Assembly: GCA_964304625.1 (NCBI GenBank)
Contig: OZ199840.1
Coordinates: 10,563,644 to 10,627,643, forward strand
Direction of reading: 5' to 3'
DNA from: Kudoa neothunni
Taxonomy: Eukaryota > Animalia > Cnidaria
DNA length: 64,000 nt
Shown here: positions 27,919 through 41,702 of the stretch, one piece after another
Layout: every line of letters starts with the position of its first letter
Numbering within the stretch: the stretch's first letter is position 1
Translations under genes and position numbers: made by a program
Notes under the pieces: generated by a model
What the model was told of the DNA's origin: nothing
What the model saw: only the letters and a program-made list of their open reading frames with translations
The model's database searches: none

Positions 27919-30600
27919 CAAATAACATGTATATGTTTAATTGGATTATTGCTTGATAATCTGTGGCTCGATTCAAGCAATCTGCCAAAAATAAAATCGT
28001 TGGATCATAAACACGTTTTTCTCCCTTATTTATTTACTTGTTGCATAAAAAACGCTTCCTATATGCCTTATGCACATATTAACCATAATATACATGAAAT
28101 TATTTACTAAGATGTATTATAATTTGATATTTCCCAACATTTTTTTCTATCGTAATCCAATTATTTTTGAAAAAGTGTTTTGGGTTCCATCTTTTTCAAA
28201 GTATTGATTTTTGAAGAAGATTCCTTATAACGTTGTAACAAGCTTTCTATCACATTAAATCTTGAAATGACTAATATATTCTTCATTCCACATTAAAACT
28301 CGAATGAATTCAATCAGATATAATTAAAATTAATCGATGGTCCTTTAAAATTGTCGTCTATAATTTTTCACACCGTTAGAAAAAACATTAAACTAAACTA
28401 GTCGTAATCAAATCCACACTAAGCAAAACATTCGTGTATAGGGCTTATAACCCGAAAATAAATAATAATGGTAGAAAATCAATCAATGGTATATTAGACT
28501 AAAATAAAAACAGAGGAGATCACGTTAATTAATGAGTCAAGTTTGAGGCTACAACTATTCCAATTCTATTCGGTTAAGACCACATTAAATACTCTCATTT
28601 TAATTTTTTATAATTAGCCATTGCTTTTGGTGATGTTTTATGATTTAAATAGTCACTTAAAAATAAAGGAGATCCAAAACCGTGTTACCGAATTAATATT
28701 ACGCCACATTGTCCAATTAATGCGCCATTATCCATGTTACATCAATACTCATGATTTTTCGCGTGCATCCAGCGATATTCATTAAACGTTAAAACCTTCC
28801 AATGACCCCAAAATTTTTCCACGCCTCAAGTTAGGACGTGGCTCCTTACGTTGGGAAAATTGTTATAAATTGTGTTAATTGAATATGTCTATAATCTTAT
28901 TAATACATTGAATTATTTTGTTCTATCATGAGTTAATCGAAAATTTTAAACCTTCGGCTAAATTTTATTATTTCATAGGGTATAGAAAGCTAAATGAAAT
29001 CCTTATACTATCACCTTTTTTTATTTTTATCTATAAAATATTGCTTTCCAGGTTTCTTAATTTTATTTATCTTGTTCAAAATTATCCCTTAGATCATATA
29101 CTACCTTCTTATGAAAGGGATGAGGGAGACTGGCCCATTGGTGTCACCAGAAGTATGGAGAATGTGATTGATCGTTGGTTTATCGACATCAACGATGCCA
29201 AATGCAAACCTCTCGAATACCGTGGTATCAAAGGAAACTATAATAATTTCGCATCAAAAGGTCTTTGCGAAATGCATGGTATGTTAACTTAGAAATTACC
29301 TTTTTAAGATAATTTCAGGTAGGTTAACCAACAGAGAAAAGCTTCAAGGATGCAAAAAACCATTGCATCCTGGGCACTGTGTTAAAAATTCAGGCGCAAC
29401 TACAAAATATTACTTTGACCAGACAACTGCTAAATGTGAGACATTCAACTATAATGGTTGTGGAGGAAGTTTTAATCGATATGATAGTGCAAAAGAATGT
29501 TATTTGAATTGTTTAAGTAAATATAAGAATTATTAAATGAGTTATTTTAAAATAATAACCTTCAGACAAAAAGAATGGAGGACTCACTAACGCCGATGAC
29601 AATAAAATAAATGCTGTAACAAATAAGAATGAATATATAGTTCCAAATTTATTGGATTGTACACTAAGACCAGACGTTAAAGACAAGGATCCTAGTACAG
29701 CAATTATTGCTGATGTTAAAAATCGAAAGTGTGCGTATGCTGCGGTCTCAATAGACTCAAACACAAGAGGAATCTTTAGTTCCTTTCATCAATGTGTCAA
29801 TAAATGTTATCGTATATTTATTGTTGTCTATTAAGTATCGTTAAATAATTTTAGCTTATGATCACAATTCAACTGACGATAAGGCACATGAAAATAACAA
29901 GAAAGTTGCTGCGTGCAAAGCTGTTCCTTTTCAATATGCCATGGTTAAAACAGGCGGCGTAGAAAATACAATCTTCAAATATTATTATGACTCTGAAAAT
30001 AAAGTTTGCAAGCGTATGGAGACTGGTCCAACAACGTCTCAATTACCAGATTTTAGTCCAGAAAAAAATAACTTCCCAACGATGGAAATGTGTCATAGTT
30101 ATTGCGGAGCAGGTATTTAATTTAAAACAATACATATTCAAATCGAGATTTTAAGAAAATTTATATATTAAATTGATGGAAATTAAATTTAGAGAAATAT
30201 AAAAGGGAAATAAAAATTGAAGAAACATGTACCCAACTTAAGGCAGGGGAAACCAATAATGGAGTTTTTAAAGCAAAGAGATTTTACTACGATCACAACG
30301 ATCACAAATGCAAATCATTTTTTTACCAAGGATTCGGTGGTAATACAAACAATTTCAGAACAGGGGCACTATGCAAAGCAGTTTGTGGGCAACATTATAA
30401 TGGAAATACAGAAATAAAAATTGAAGATACTATCACCGAAGTATAAATCCCAAATATCAAAACTATGTCAGAAACGGCTATAATAATTGTAGCCTAGTAC
30501 AAGTTTGAAATTTAGAAACATTAATTAAACTGTTATAATGGATGTTCATAAATAATTGTCATAATTAAATAGTGTGTTTTGATCACAAAATTATTCATTG
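27919..30600 (+). repeat. Segmental duplication unit 2 (paralogue of 18237-20935)
   Basis: Colinear similarity to unit 1. Confidence 0.88.
28994..30446 (+). CDS. Secreted five-domain Kunitz/BPTI protein, copy 2 (6 exons)
   Basis: Same exon/intron layout as copy 1; signal MKSLYYHLFLFLSIKYCFP; D2 CKKPLHPGHCVKNSGATTKYYFDQTTAKCETFNYNGCGG; ends IEDTITEV*; frames appear intact. Confidence 0.92.
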
Positions 30601-30629
30601 AGTATAAGAATTTTAACATTATATATAAC

Positions 30630-33600
30630 TAGGGACTGTACTTTTCGACGTTTATTCAATACTTAGAGCAAGCGCAAATGGCGAAACATAACAATTTTTA
30701 AATTGGCACGGTAATCAATATCTCAATAACCGCCTCTCAGTTTTCAACCACATTTCACAAACTTATTGATTGAGTTTTTTCCTACAAAATTTTTTATACA
30801 AATATAAAACATACGTTTATCATCGTGAAAACCCTATTAAATATTTTAGAATTGTTAAAATCGTAAATTTTAAGTTATTGTTAAAGCGTACGACTTCGTT
30901 TAAATTAATTACAACCAGTATTTTCATAATAAGTAACAAATGGTGGACTGCCATTATTCACTGGTGGGCGCGCGAGTAGCGACCTCCTTTTTTCATGCAT
31001 TTGTTTGCGCTGTTTCTTACATCTGAATTTTTATCACAATGAGGAAAATCAAAATATGTAGCCGCCCCAAAAATATACTTAACGGAGCCAGATAATAAAT
31101 TTTCGTTATGATTTACTTGGAAGCATTCGATTGTTGTTTTCTTTTCTTTGGCAAGTCTATCGCTGTTAATGTTTGGCCCATAGGTCTTCCTTCAGATTTT
31201 ACCTTATTAGGAAGAATAAGACCTATTAGATATTATCTTAATTTGAACGTGTAATAAGATACGACTATTATCGTTGTATGTCTATATGTGCGCTATACCA
31301 GAAATAATGTGTGAATTAACATTCCAGTCATGTTCCGATATTTCATTTCTTGTTTTTTCATTGAATGACTGATAAATTATTACCGCTTGGTCTGGAATTC
31401 CTAATAATATTAAGCAGCGATAATTTGAGCGATTGTGCTACCACGGGGAAATTCTTAAACATGTATTAGTTGAAACTTTTTCAACCATTTTGTTGCAGGA
31501 ATCTTCGACTTCACTTATTTCTGTAACAAATAGAAACAATCACGAACTAAACTATCACCATATTCTTTGTAAGAGGTTTTGAAAATTTTAACTTTTATGA
31601 CAAATAGAAATAATAATTATTCGCAAAAGTACTTTTCCCAACGATGTCCTCCAACTTATTTGAGTCATGAGAGAGCATGACTCAAATAAAAGGGATTTAA
31701 CAGCTTGAATGCATTTTTGATAATATTTTCCACAAAATTCAGCCGATGATGATGCCAACTTATTTGTAAAAATTGCTGCATGTTTCAATTTTCGGGAATA
31801 GGAATTGAGGTTTGGATTTTTTCGGCATTTTAATGAAATATTTTGTGAACTTTGAATAGGAATATTCGGAGAAGGGGAATAAGATAGAAAATTATTTATA
31901 TGTTCTCTTGTCCACCGAGGATGACGTAACAAAGGTTCAAACAGTTCTAAAGATAAGTCATTCCCTAATTTTAGTACATGTTGACATGGAAGTTGATAAC
32001 TTCCGTAAAACTTGCATGAACAGAATTGTATGGATGTATCTGATAATCTATTTAGATTTCCCAAGGTCGTTGCAGATAATAATTCTTCATGGACTAATTT
32101 AGCTGACAACGGCTAAATGAAGATTTGAGTATCTATTTCCGCCTCACATTTTGCATTGCTTTGAGAATTATTAAGCGATTCTTGACTTGTTTTCAACTTC
32201 TTTCTATTCTCATTGAACGAAGAAGATCAAAACAACGTTCCATAAATTCGGGAAACACGGAAAACTCTTTAATAACTGTTTTAAGTTTCCCATTTATAGA
32301 CTCAAGGCGGTTATTCGTAGTGGTATTATAATAATGTCTAGCCTTGCTTAGACCAATGATCCACTCATCTGATATTGTTTCCCCCGTTTTATTTTAAATA
32401 TTTTGTGATTCTAGGAATTCCAAAACTATAAAGTTCATTGCATTGGGTATTGAAAGCAATTGTATCATCCACGTAAATCATTTTTTCTATTAAACGTAAA
32501 ATTTTCTCTTTTTCATCCTTTTTATTGTTGTATTTGGATAAGAATATATCTCTTTGAAATATTTGCAAGACATGAAATTTTCAAACCAATAAACTGGCGT
32601 TTATAAAATATTTCTTAAGGTATTTGCGTAATTTTAGATCCTTGTCTGTAATGATCGTCATAACATTGGATTTACCCCAAGGAGCGATTTGAGTTAATTC
32701 GTTTAAATATGATAGAAGGGTTTCTTCGGTTTCATCAAACAGAATTCCAGCATTTGTTATGTGTGTAAAACCCAATGAGTTTTCTGCTAGAGTCAAATAA
32801 AAAGGAGATTTAAAATACTTTATGAAATTAACCAAAAGCTCATTTGTCGAATCTGTCATTAAAAGTTCTGGGGAAAATTTTAGCATTCTTTTCATGTCTT
32901 CGTCAACTAATAATCCGCCACAAACTTCATTTTCTTTATTGGAGAGAACCCCTACATCACTTTTTTAATCTAGTGTAAGCATGTTATAAAACGACAGAAA
33001 ACTACCATCTTTTTTGGAAATTTTTTTCTATAAATTATGTAATGATTTCAAAGTAATAATTTTCTAAGTTTTCATGTTAATGTGTGACTGTACCAATTTT
33101 TTGTTGACGCCAACTGCAATTAAACTGGCAAAGGTTGGGTCTGCCCTATCAATTTTCCTTTGAGGTGGTAAGTATTGAATGACGATAGGATCACAGTTGT
33201 GGTTATGATTTTGGTCAATCGATTTTAGAGGTATATAGAAGGGGCATCCTACTTTAAGTGAAGGTTTATTTCTTTTTCCAGTTTCACGATTTTCATGTTG
33301 TTTCATTAAAAAACAAACGTATTTTATCTCACAGTAAACGATTAAAGGGTTCAGGTATCTAGTTATCCGCTTCTCTGCGTTTTCTAAAGATCTTGAATTG
33401 TATATTTTGAGGTTACTACATTCATTCTGTTCATAAGATAAATTGTTTCTCGTAATGAATTAAATGTGGGAAACGTCTTCCCTATCTCAAAGTAAACCTT
33501 TTCGTCTATGCATTGATTTGTTATCTCCATAATTATGACTTTAAAATTGTGCCACCATGTGAATTCATACGTCGTATAAGTATCACTATCTAAAAATAAA

Positions 33601-35990
33601 ACTGAGATCATTTAGCATTCAAACTAATGTATAACGGCTCCAAATAACTTGGTTCTAGGATCCTTATTCCAAGTAACTTCCTAAATTTTTTCACTACATT
33701 CTTATTCTGGCAGTTGATTATCCTATAATAATCATACAATAACCGTAACATCAAATATTACAAATATGAAATAAGCTAGGTTATATTTTTAAAATTCATA
33801 TTTAACCTAAAAATTAATAATAATTTTATATAATTTTAATGAAAACTCGTAAAATTAATTAATTGCGAGTCTCGACAAGTGGCGTAGCTTTTGCGTGCCC
33901 AACCAGTGAATAGCGGCGGTCGACTATTTGTTACATATTATGAAAATACTGGTTATAATTAATCTCAATAGAGTCGTATACTTTAATAACTTATAATTTG
34001 TGATTTCAAAAATCCTATTCTATTTAATAGGGTTTTCACGATGATAAACGTATGTTTTATATTTATATAAAAAATTTTGTAAGAAAAAAAACATTTAATA
34101 AATTTGTGAAGTGTGGTTGAAAACTGAGAGGCGGTTGTGGAGATATTGATTAACGCACCAATAGCCATTGCCTTTTAAATTCCGAAATATGTGATTAATT
34201 AACTTTGTCTTTTTAATATACTTTGAAAATGTAGAACTGCGAGCATTCCAAATTATTCAGTAGATAGATTTGTTCTATCACAAGTGAATACGTGCTTTAA
34301 TTCGAAGAAGTTTCTCTCAACTAATATGGATGATAATGGAATTGGTGACAAATTATGTGTGATTTGTAATATCAGAGGATATTGTTTCTCATATTTTTTT
34401 CAAAATTCTCTGTCCATCAAATCATTTTTATTAAAATAAGATAATTGTAAGCATTTATTTTGTAACCCGTCCCTTTTTATTGGCGATAACAAATGGCACA
34501 ATATCTATTATGTTAGCTTCGTTAAAGTTGCTTATTGTAGAGAAGTTGATATTCTTCATTGAAGTAAGAATGCCACTCGATGGGAAACTACGTTCAATTT
34601 GTTTTTGAACTATATTTGTAAGTTTTTCAATAATTTTATCTTATTTGTCAAAAGGAAGAGATAATAGGATATTTCTATTAATTTTTAGTACTTCATCTTG
34701 TTTTAAATTGTAAATTGAACTCATACAGTCGTAGAGGTGTGAGATGCCGAAAAATTGTTTGATTCGATTTCATGGGAGAAATAATATAATAAAGATAAAA
34801 ACTTAATAATAAATCTAAAATAAATCAACATATTATCCAACTAGGCGGGAAACAGATTGAACATTACGGTAAACTTTGAAATAGAATTATGTTTGGATTC
34901 TAGTAGCGACTGTTTTATAGCTGGGAAAGAGTCACAACAATATTAAATGCAATTACGTAAGCTGTACCAAACAATATCAACAACTCGAAGAATAATTTTC
35001 GTATATTCAATGTCATTTTATTGTAAGAGACAAAGTAAATGGCATTTAGCAGATCTGTTCGTAGCAATAAGGAAATGAAATTTCATGCATAATCGCTTTA
35101 TATCTGTAAAAACTGAATAAATCTTTTTTATTATTACACAATGAATTAAATGAAAAAAAATAAGGTATTCGGACAATATGGCTATATATGAGCGATATAC
35201 TTTTCAAATATTTCTTCATATAAGCGCAGAATCCGATGCGATGGCCATGCAATTTCATGTGTACGTAATGATTCAGATATTTCATTTACAATTATTATAG
35301 CATTACATTCATTAAGAATTTTAGATTCAAGCATAATTATACTTCTTTCTTTGAGTATTGTATCAAAAGCATATCAAAATATTAAGCAAGGTTCTGTTTT
35401 TAAAGTCAGGCGTCTCGTCAATAATAAGGGAAAATCGCGGATCTTTTAGAATCGTTTTCACCGCAGCAACATTCTGTTCAAACAAAATAGGTAATATTTA
35501 TTTTACAATGAGCGACTGTCTGGCAAGAGTCGAGACGGCCAACAATATTTTGATAGGAATTTACGTAGAGTGTGTTCCCTGTAAAGTAATGACAATGGAA
35601 GTCCACCAAAGGCAACACTGACACTAAATCTATCACAAGATCATTGTTTGCCTTATCCCTACAAAATATATTTGGAAGAGAGGAAGATTTCTCAAGAGAT
35701 GATTTCGTCAATATATGTATTTTGGATGAATTATGTTCAGAAACTGTTTCGCTGAAGTGGAATTTTTATTTTGCAATATTTGCATATTAACTTGTCATCC
35801 GCTTTTTCTAAATCGCTCCATTCATTCAAGAAGCTATCGATTTCTCTGCGTTTTCGTTCCATTTCAACATGTTCCAAAACTAAACAAGTACAACCGAATT
35901 GCCGCCGAAAAAATAAACGTCGAAACTTTCCAAAACATTCGACGTTTAAAATGGACGAAAATCGATTTTAATTGAAAAATACAGTCCCTA
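30630..35990 (-). mobile_element. Decayed CGGBP1-like hAT element, interrupted by a Mutator insertion
   Basis: TIR TAGGGACTGTA / TACAGTCCCTA with an imperfect 8-bp TSD (TATATAAC/ATTATAAC). Minus-strand remnants MERKRREIDSFLNEWSDLEKADDKLICKYCK (BED-like) and FSLIIDETPDFKNRTLLNILI at ~35360-35865. Confidence 0.72.
30705..34172 (-). mobile_element. Mutator-like element with fragmented FAR1/MULE/SWIM transposase
   Basis: Perfect 9-bp TSD TTTTAAATT; long (~300 bp) TIRs starting GGCA. Fragments SLKVGCPFYI..HNH, SPELLMTDST..IITDKDLKLR, TTNNRLESINGKLK and SWIM CSCKFYGSYQLPCQHV..HPRWT. Confidence 0.92.
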
Positions 35991-36405
35991 ATTATAACTA
36001 ATTGAATGATCGAAAAAAATCTGTAAACTTCGCATAACTTTGTTACTTAGTTTAGTCCATATGTTAATGTACAGATTAACATATTTAATATGACAAAAGT
36101 AAATGAATATATTCTTAACAAATAAAAATAGGTAAAATTATGAATATTCATATTTAAATTAATTCAAAAAATAGATTATTTGTTCCATAACTAAATAGTA
36201 ATAATATATACTATTTTTATATTATAATTTCTCCTAAAAATTAAATATGAAATTATTTTATAAATATTATGATTAAAACTAAGTTAACGAATCATTATAA
36301 AATTTCTATTATTTTTTAAATTCTAATAAAGAATTGAATAAATTATTTATTTAAGTAACATCAATAAAATCTTTAAGAAAAGTTATAAATACGTAAAAGA
36401 ATTAA

Positions 36406-37469
36406 TGAACTCCTTGAACCACAATGTTGCCAAATGGGAACATTCTACTATTGTGAGTGTTTTAACCATTTAATTACTTTTTTTGAGTATATCTTTATTG
36501 TAATAATATAGTTAATGTTTATTTGATTTTATTAAAATGAGTTATAAAAACTTTTACGTTTTATATCAAGAGAAATACAGATGAATATCAAACTCTACGG
36601 AAAATATAAAAAAGACCAAAAGTATCGTGCAATTGAACTTGGAATTTTGAGGTTTCAGTAAAATTAAAAAATATAAATATATACTATTAAATAAGTCTAT
36701 TGTAAAAATGAATCTAAATAGAAAATATGTTTTGATATGTATACTATAGGGACAGATTAATCCTTGTTGCCATTTGGCAACGTTCCGCCTTCGATTTAAG
36801 TGTGTTAATATTTTCTAGAATGGATTTTGATTAGATTGGAGAAAGGAATAAACAGAACAGACTTTAAAAAAATCATATTATTACCAGGTGGGCAGAAATC
36901 TGACGCCGAACTGGAATCGGATTCCATTGCGGATAGTCAATATGACGATATTGTATCCGAATTCAGCTCTAGTGATGAGAAGGAAGATGACTACCGTTTA
37001 AATTAGACAGTGAATGCGAAAAATTTAATTTTACAATTGATATTTTTGAACAATTTGAAAATATTATATTTGAATGTTTCACTCATTTCAACCGACTCTT
37101 CAATAATAGATTAGTTGAACATATTTGCATTAAATGTAATGTCCATTTGTGACTCAATAAAGACAGAAACTGCTTTATGGACTATCAAAATTGTAATAAA
37201 TAATTTAATATTTCATCTCTGATGGTGGTGGTGGAAAAGTAGTTTTTTGGTTCAAAACAATGTAACAATAAAACGAGCATATGCTCACTCCCGCATATTG
37301 AAATAAGCACCGTCCCAATGTTGCCATTTGGCAGCAGCATGCGAGTATCTCTTTAATTGTTGAAATGAGTGTTTCAATTTTTGGATATTATATAAAAAGT
37401 TATTTAAAATAAACATTATGAGCAACAAAAATATTTTCTGCAGTTGAATTAAATTCGGAGATTAAAGGG
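36406..37469 (+). mobile_element. Internally deleted piggyBac-like (PGBD2/3-type) element
   Basis: Repeated palindromic GTTGCCA(A/T)(A/T)TGG motif, right end AGGG|TTAA, acidic N-terminal remnant and Cys tail CIKCNVHL*LNKDRNCFMDY. Left boundary approximate. Confidence 0.68.
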
Positions 37470-37887
37470 TTAATAAAATACCGATACGCCAACGGAACTA
37501 ACTTACGATATCAATTAACTTTTACAAAATATATACAATGGGTAACCGATTTTACGTACCTTGGCATTATTTGATATTAAAGGAAGGTTTTATATTTGTA
37601 AAATTCGGAATATTAATTACAATAAACCATAGAATATACACATTTAATATGAGAACCACAAAGTTGTTTCTAAAAAGAAATGCGTAAAATCGATTGCCGA
37701 CAGTAATTGCATTCGAAAAGTATAAAAAAATGTAAAAATCAATTACATGATAATCAGATAATTAAAAAAGAAATTTCCAATCCTAAATTTAATTCCCAAA
37801 AGCTAACTCTCATGAGTAAACCGTAATGTAGTTCGATTTATAAATAAAAATTCATTGATAAATAGTTAAGAAATATATCGTCTAAGG

Positions 37888-37990
37888 CAGGGGTTCTCAA
37901 CCGAGGGTAAATTTAGCCCTTGGGGGTATAATTCAAATGATAGGGGGTAAATTAAATATCATCAAAATTAGATAGGGGGAATTTTTGCAT
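37888..37990 (+). mobile_element. hAT terminal fragment
   Basis: CAGGGGTTCTCAACC followed by repeated GGGGTAAAT subterminal motifs; no partner end seen. Confidence 0.55.
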
Positions 37991-38746
37991 TATGAGTTTG
38001 TAACGTACTTCCGGATTTCTAAGGAATCATATTTTTCAGGGCTATTAAACTAAATATGAATTAGGAAAAAAATTCTTAAAGTGTTTTTATCAGTAAAACT
38101 ACGTATAAATAATTTAACCTCATATATTATTTTACATGCTGATTACCAACGCAAAATAAATCATATACTTTCGCATCACGTACCAAAAGGAGATTATAAA
38201 AAAAACATTCTTTGACTCATTAATAAAAATGCAAGAATAAAGATCATACTACATCCAGAATAAATTAAAGGCAAACTTTTTTAAATTCATAGAGATCATT
38301 GATGTCAATAAGATTATAAACGTGTATAAACTTGAGGATTATGATGAGCATAGTTGTCACCGTTATTTTGGAAGTACAATGAAAAATAACTCCTAAAAAA
38401 TAAATGATAATCTACTCCATTTTATTCATACATATCATCGATATCAGTAATAAAATTCATAACTAACGACCGCGGCACGATACAATGACAATAGTTGTGT
38501 AATAATAATTATTTTATGGCAAATAATATAAAAATAATTTTCCTTCTATTTAAATCAAATTATCCTCATTATCCTTGTTTCAAGTAATAAAATAATTAAT
38601 ATGATTGATGATTAAATTAGTCAAACTTAAAAATTTGGAAAGATGCTCAATTTATTGGCTTATTGAAAAATACAACAAATAAAGATATATCAACAAATAT
38701 GCCTCTTTAAATTTACAAATTTTTAATCAGTTTGATTTTAATTATT

Positions 38747-41622
38747 TTAGCGTAAGAGTGGTTTTATTTTTCGGATCCATTGTGGTTGCCATCTTTGCGC
38801 CGAATTCTCATCCTGTAGAATGATTTCTCTCATTTTATCCAAATAAGGTGAGCTACCAACGGCAAATTTGTACAACATTTTCTAGTTAAATAATCGATAA
38901 TTTAATAGAAAATTTCAAAAATCGTATCTTCTGTTACCCTGAGACAATTATTTAGCTCACCAGCGTCTTTAAAAATAAGACCATTCTCGTTCGACTTTAT
39001 TCTTTCGTTTATACTAAACGGCATATATCCTCATTTTTAATCATACAATAAGTTACCAAGGAAAATCCATAGAAGAAACTGGAAGACCACATCCAAACAT
39101 ATCAATTATCTTAGGAAAATAAAATTAAACATGAATTCGGCAATTTCAACAGAGTTTAAACTCAACTGTACGTACCTTCATTGGAAAATCCAGCCCAGAG
39201 GATGATACATGGAGAGACACGCCAATTGTGCAATAAGCTAAAACGCATATTTAATAATTTTTGATTTTTAAACCCATCATGAATAAGAAAAAGTAACATG
39301 GTTTCATTATAAAATTAAAAGGACAAATTACATAGAAGATGAGCGTAATCTTCATAGGATAGCCAAACAGTATCAATACGAACATTTTGGAAATTACATT
39401 GTTCTATCTTCTTTATATACATATTTTTTAACGGTCCTTTTCCTATCATCCGAATATGGTAAAACACAAACAATAAATGCCATAAGCTACCTGTAACTAT
39501 GCAATAAATAAATGGAAAATCATTGTTCCCGCGACACGTTTTATCGTACACTTTATATAACATTAATTTTTACATAAAAATAATCTATACTTCTTAAACC
39601 ATCAAGCAATATGTCAAAATTCTCATCCTCTAATCTCTTATTAAATACAACTTCACATACACACAACATACCAGTCCAGCTGGTACTGCTCACTAATAGG
39701 GCTGTTTTAGTATCAATGTTCATCTCACTAAATCTAGTTGTCAAACATAAAATTAATGTCTTTCTACCTGTGGAATTGACCGACTTTATATTTTTTCAAT
39801 AATGAGGAAATTTTCTATAACTATTCATATTTATAAGACAATAAATATATCACTTGATATTTGGTATTTTCATCTAAGTCACATCTTTGAAATATTGGAG
39901 CAGGATAATCAGGAAATACTGTTATTCTATAATCAAAATAATTATATTTAATCCAGTCACTTTTCTGGTAATTAAGTTTAATGCATCACTTAAATTAATA
40001 TCGTTTCTTACAAAAAGAATGTACCGAAAAATATATTGAATATTAAATAAATTAAAAATAATATTTTTCAATCGACGTTGCTATCGATAATGATTCTATA
40101 GATTATATCCAATTTTTTTATAATATCATCTCAAAATAATAAAGTTAATTAACATATTAAAGATTTTACAATTTATTCAACATCAAATTTCTCTTATAAT
40201 TAAATTGGACAATTAAGAATAAAAATAAACAATACTGAGAAGTAATTTCTTTTTTGTATTGATAATTCCTAATAAATGTAATAATAATAATAATAATATA
40301 TTATTTAAATTATTATTATTATTATTATTTATCCATTTAAAATTAATTTTTAATTGAAAATATTTTTTACCACTTATTTCAAGAATAATAATACACTCGA
40401 AAACAGCCTACGATGAGTTATTAAATCTTGAAATATAATTTAATTGATTAATGATCAATAACTTTTTAAACGAACATACAAGATTATAAATCAGTTGATC
40501 ACATACGAAAATTTAAAATCTATACATAACTTTATTTATCACAAAAACTTCAATTAAATATTATAATTAATTAGAAAAAAACGTTTTAATTAATTAATTA
40601 ATTAAATTAACAATAAAGAATGTAACCAAAATATTCTTTTTAAACTCGCGCACATTATTTATAATTAATTTTTTGCGCAGTAACAAACGCAATCCTTTAA
40701 TTTCATTGAACTTGAAAATTACGCTTCACTGGAGAAACCATGATTATTTATTAGATCATTTTTCATCGCATCTGTTACTGTTATGTTGATAGGGGCGTAT
40801 CTGCCCAGATTCATTTCTAAACTGTCGGATTTAAACAATAGATCGTTGCCAAGCAATTATCGACGAGATACTATCGATAAAGTTTAACAATCGGGGAGTT
40901 TTTATTTTTGAGTTTCAATTGTAAAATTGTATGACCATAATTGTGCCAATCAATTATCATTGTTGAGGATTTCAACCAGCAGTACATCAGTGTGACTGGA
41001 ATAGTAGGGATTGAAGGTGGGTTCTATTATCGGAAAATATAATAATAAGCTTCAAATCAATTTATAGCAAAAATCACTTGTAACAAAATAATATCCATAT
41101 TAGGTGAAGTAAAATAATGCCATAGTATTAAAATTGATTGTATTATTGTTTTACCAACAAACTTGAATAATCCAGGGATTCCTATCATGAATGAGTGAAA
41201 CGTGAGAATCCTCATTCAAACAAACTTTCGAGCCATGTATCAACATTAAAAATTATAGAGAAACTGATTTTATGTTGGTAGAGGTGGTATCGTTTATTAA
41301 TGAAGGTTGGATCTACAAATAAATTATAGTGCAGATTAATTTGGGATTAAATGGTAAAATATTGACTGGAAAATATCTAGCGCACTTATATTTGAATGCG
41401 CCTACCTTTGGTGTAGCAGAAAACCATCAGTTTTGAAAATTCTTTATTTTCAATCAACGAATCGATATGATAAAGCATTCGAGGACTTCTTTCAATATCT
41501 CCCAACACCAGGACACCCATCATATTTGGTGGGCGCTTTTTCCGATTTTTAAATGTGGGGGAGTAATTAACATAGATAATAGCAAACAATAACAACCCAC
41601 CCAGAAAATAGAAAAATATCAT
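38747..41622 (-). CDS. ALG1: Chitobiosyldiphosphodolichol beta-1,4-mannosyltransferase (many exons)
   Basis: N-terminal TM, then VLVLGDIERSPRMLYH, NPPSIPTIP, IIDWHNYGHT, LLVSSTSWT|EDENFDILL, GKGPLK, WLSYEDYAHLL, GVSLHVSSSGLDFPMK, DMFGCGLPV, and C-terminal RWQPQWIRKIKPLLR*. Confidence 0.93.
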
Positions 41623-41702
41623 TTCATTGATATTAAGCCGACTGACTGCGGACTAACACGAATAACATCTAATTTGGTTGAAATTTTTTGCGTATAATAT
41701 AA
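41623..41702. promoter_or_regulatory. Putative 80-bp bidirectional promoter/5'UTR region between ALG1 and ELOC
   Basis: Divergent predicted start codons at 41622 (-) and 41703 (+). Confidence 0.6.
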
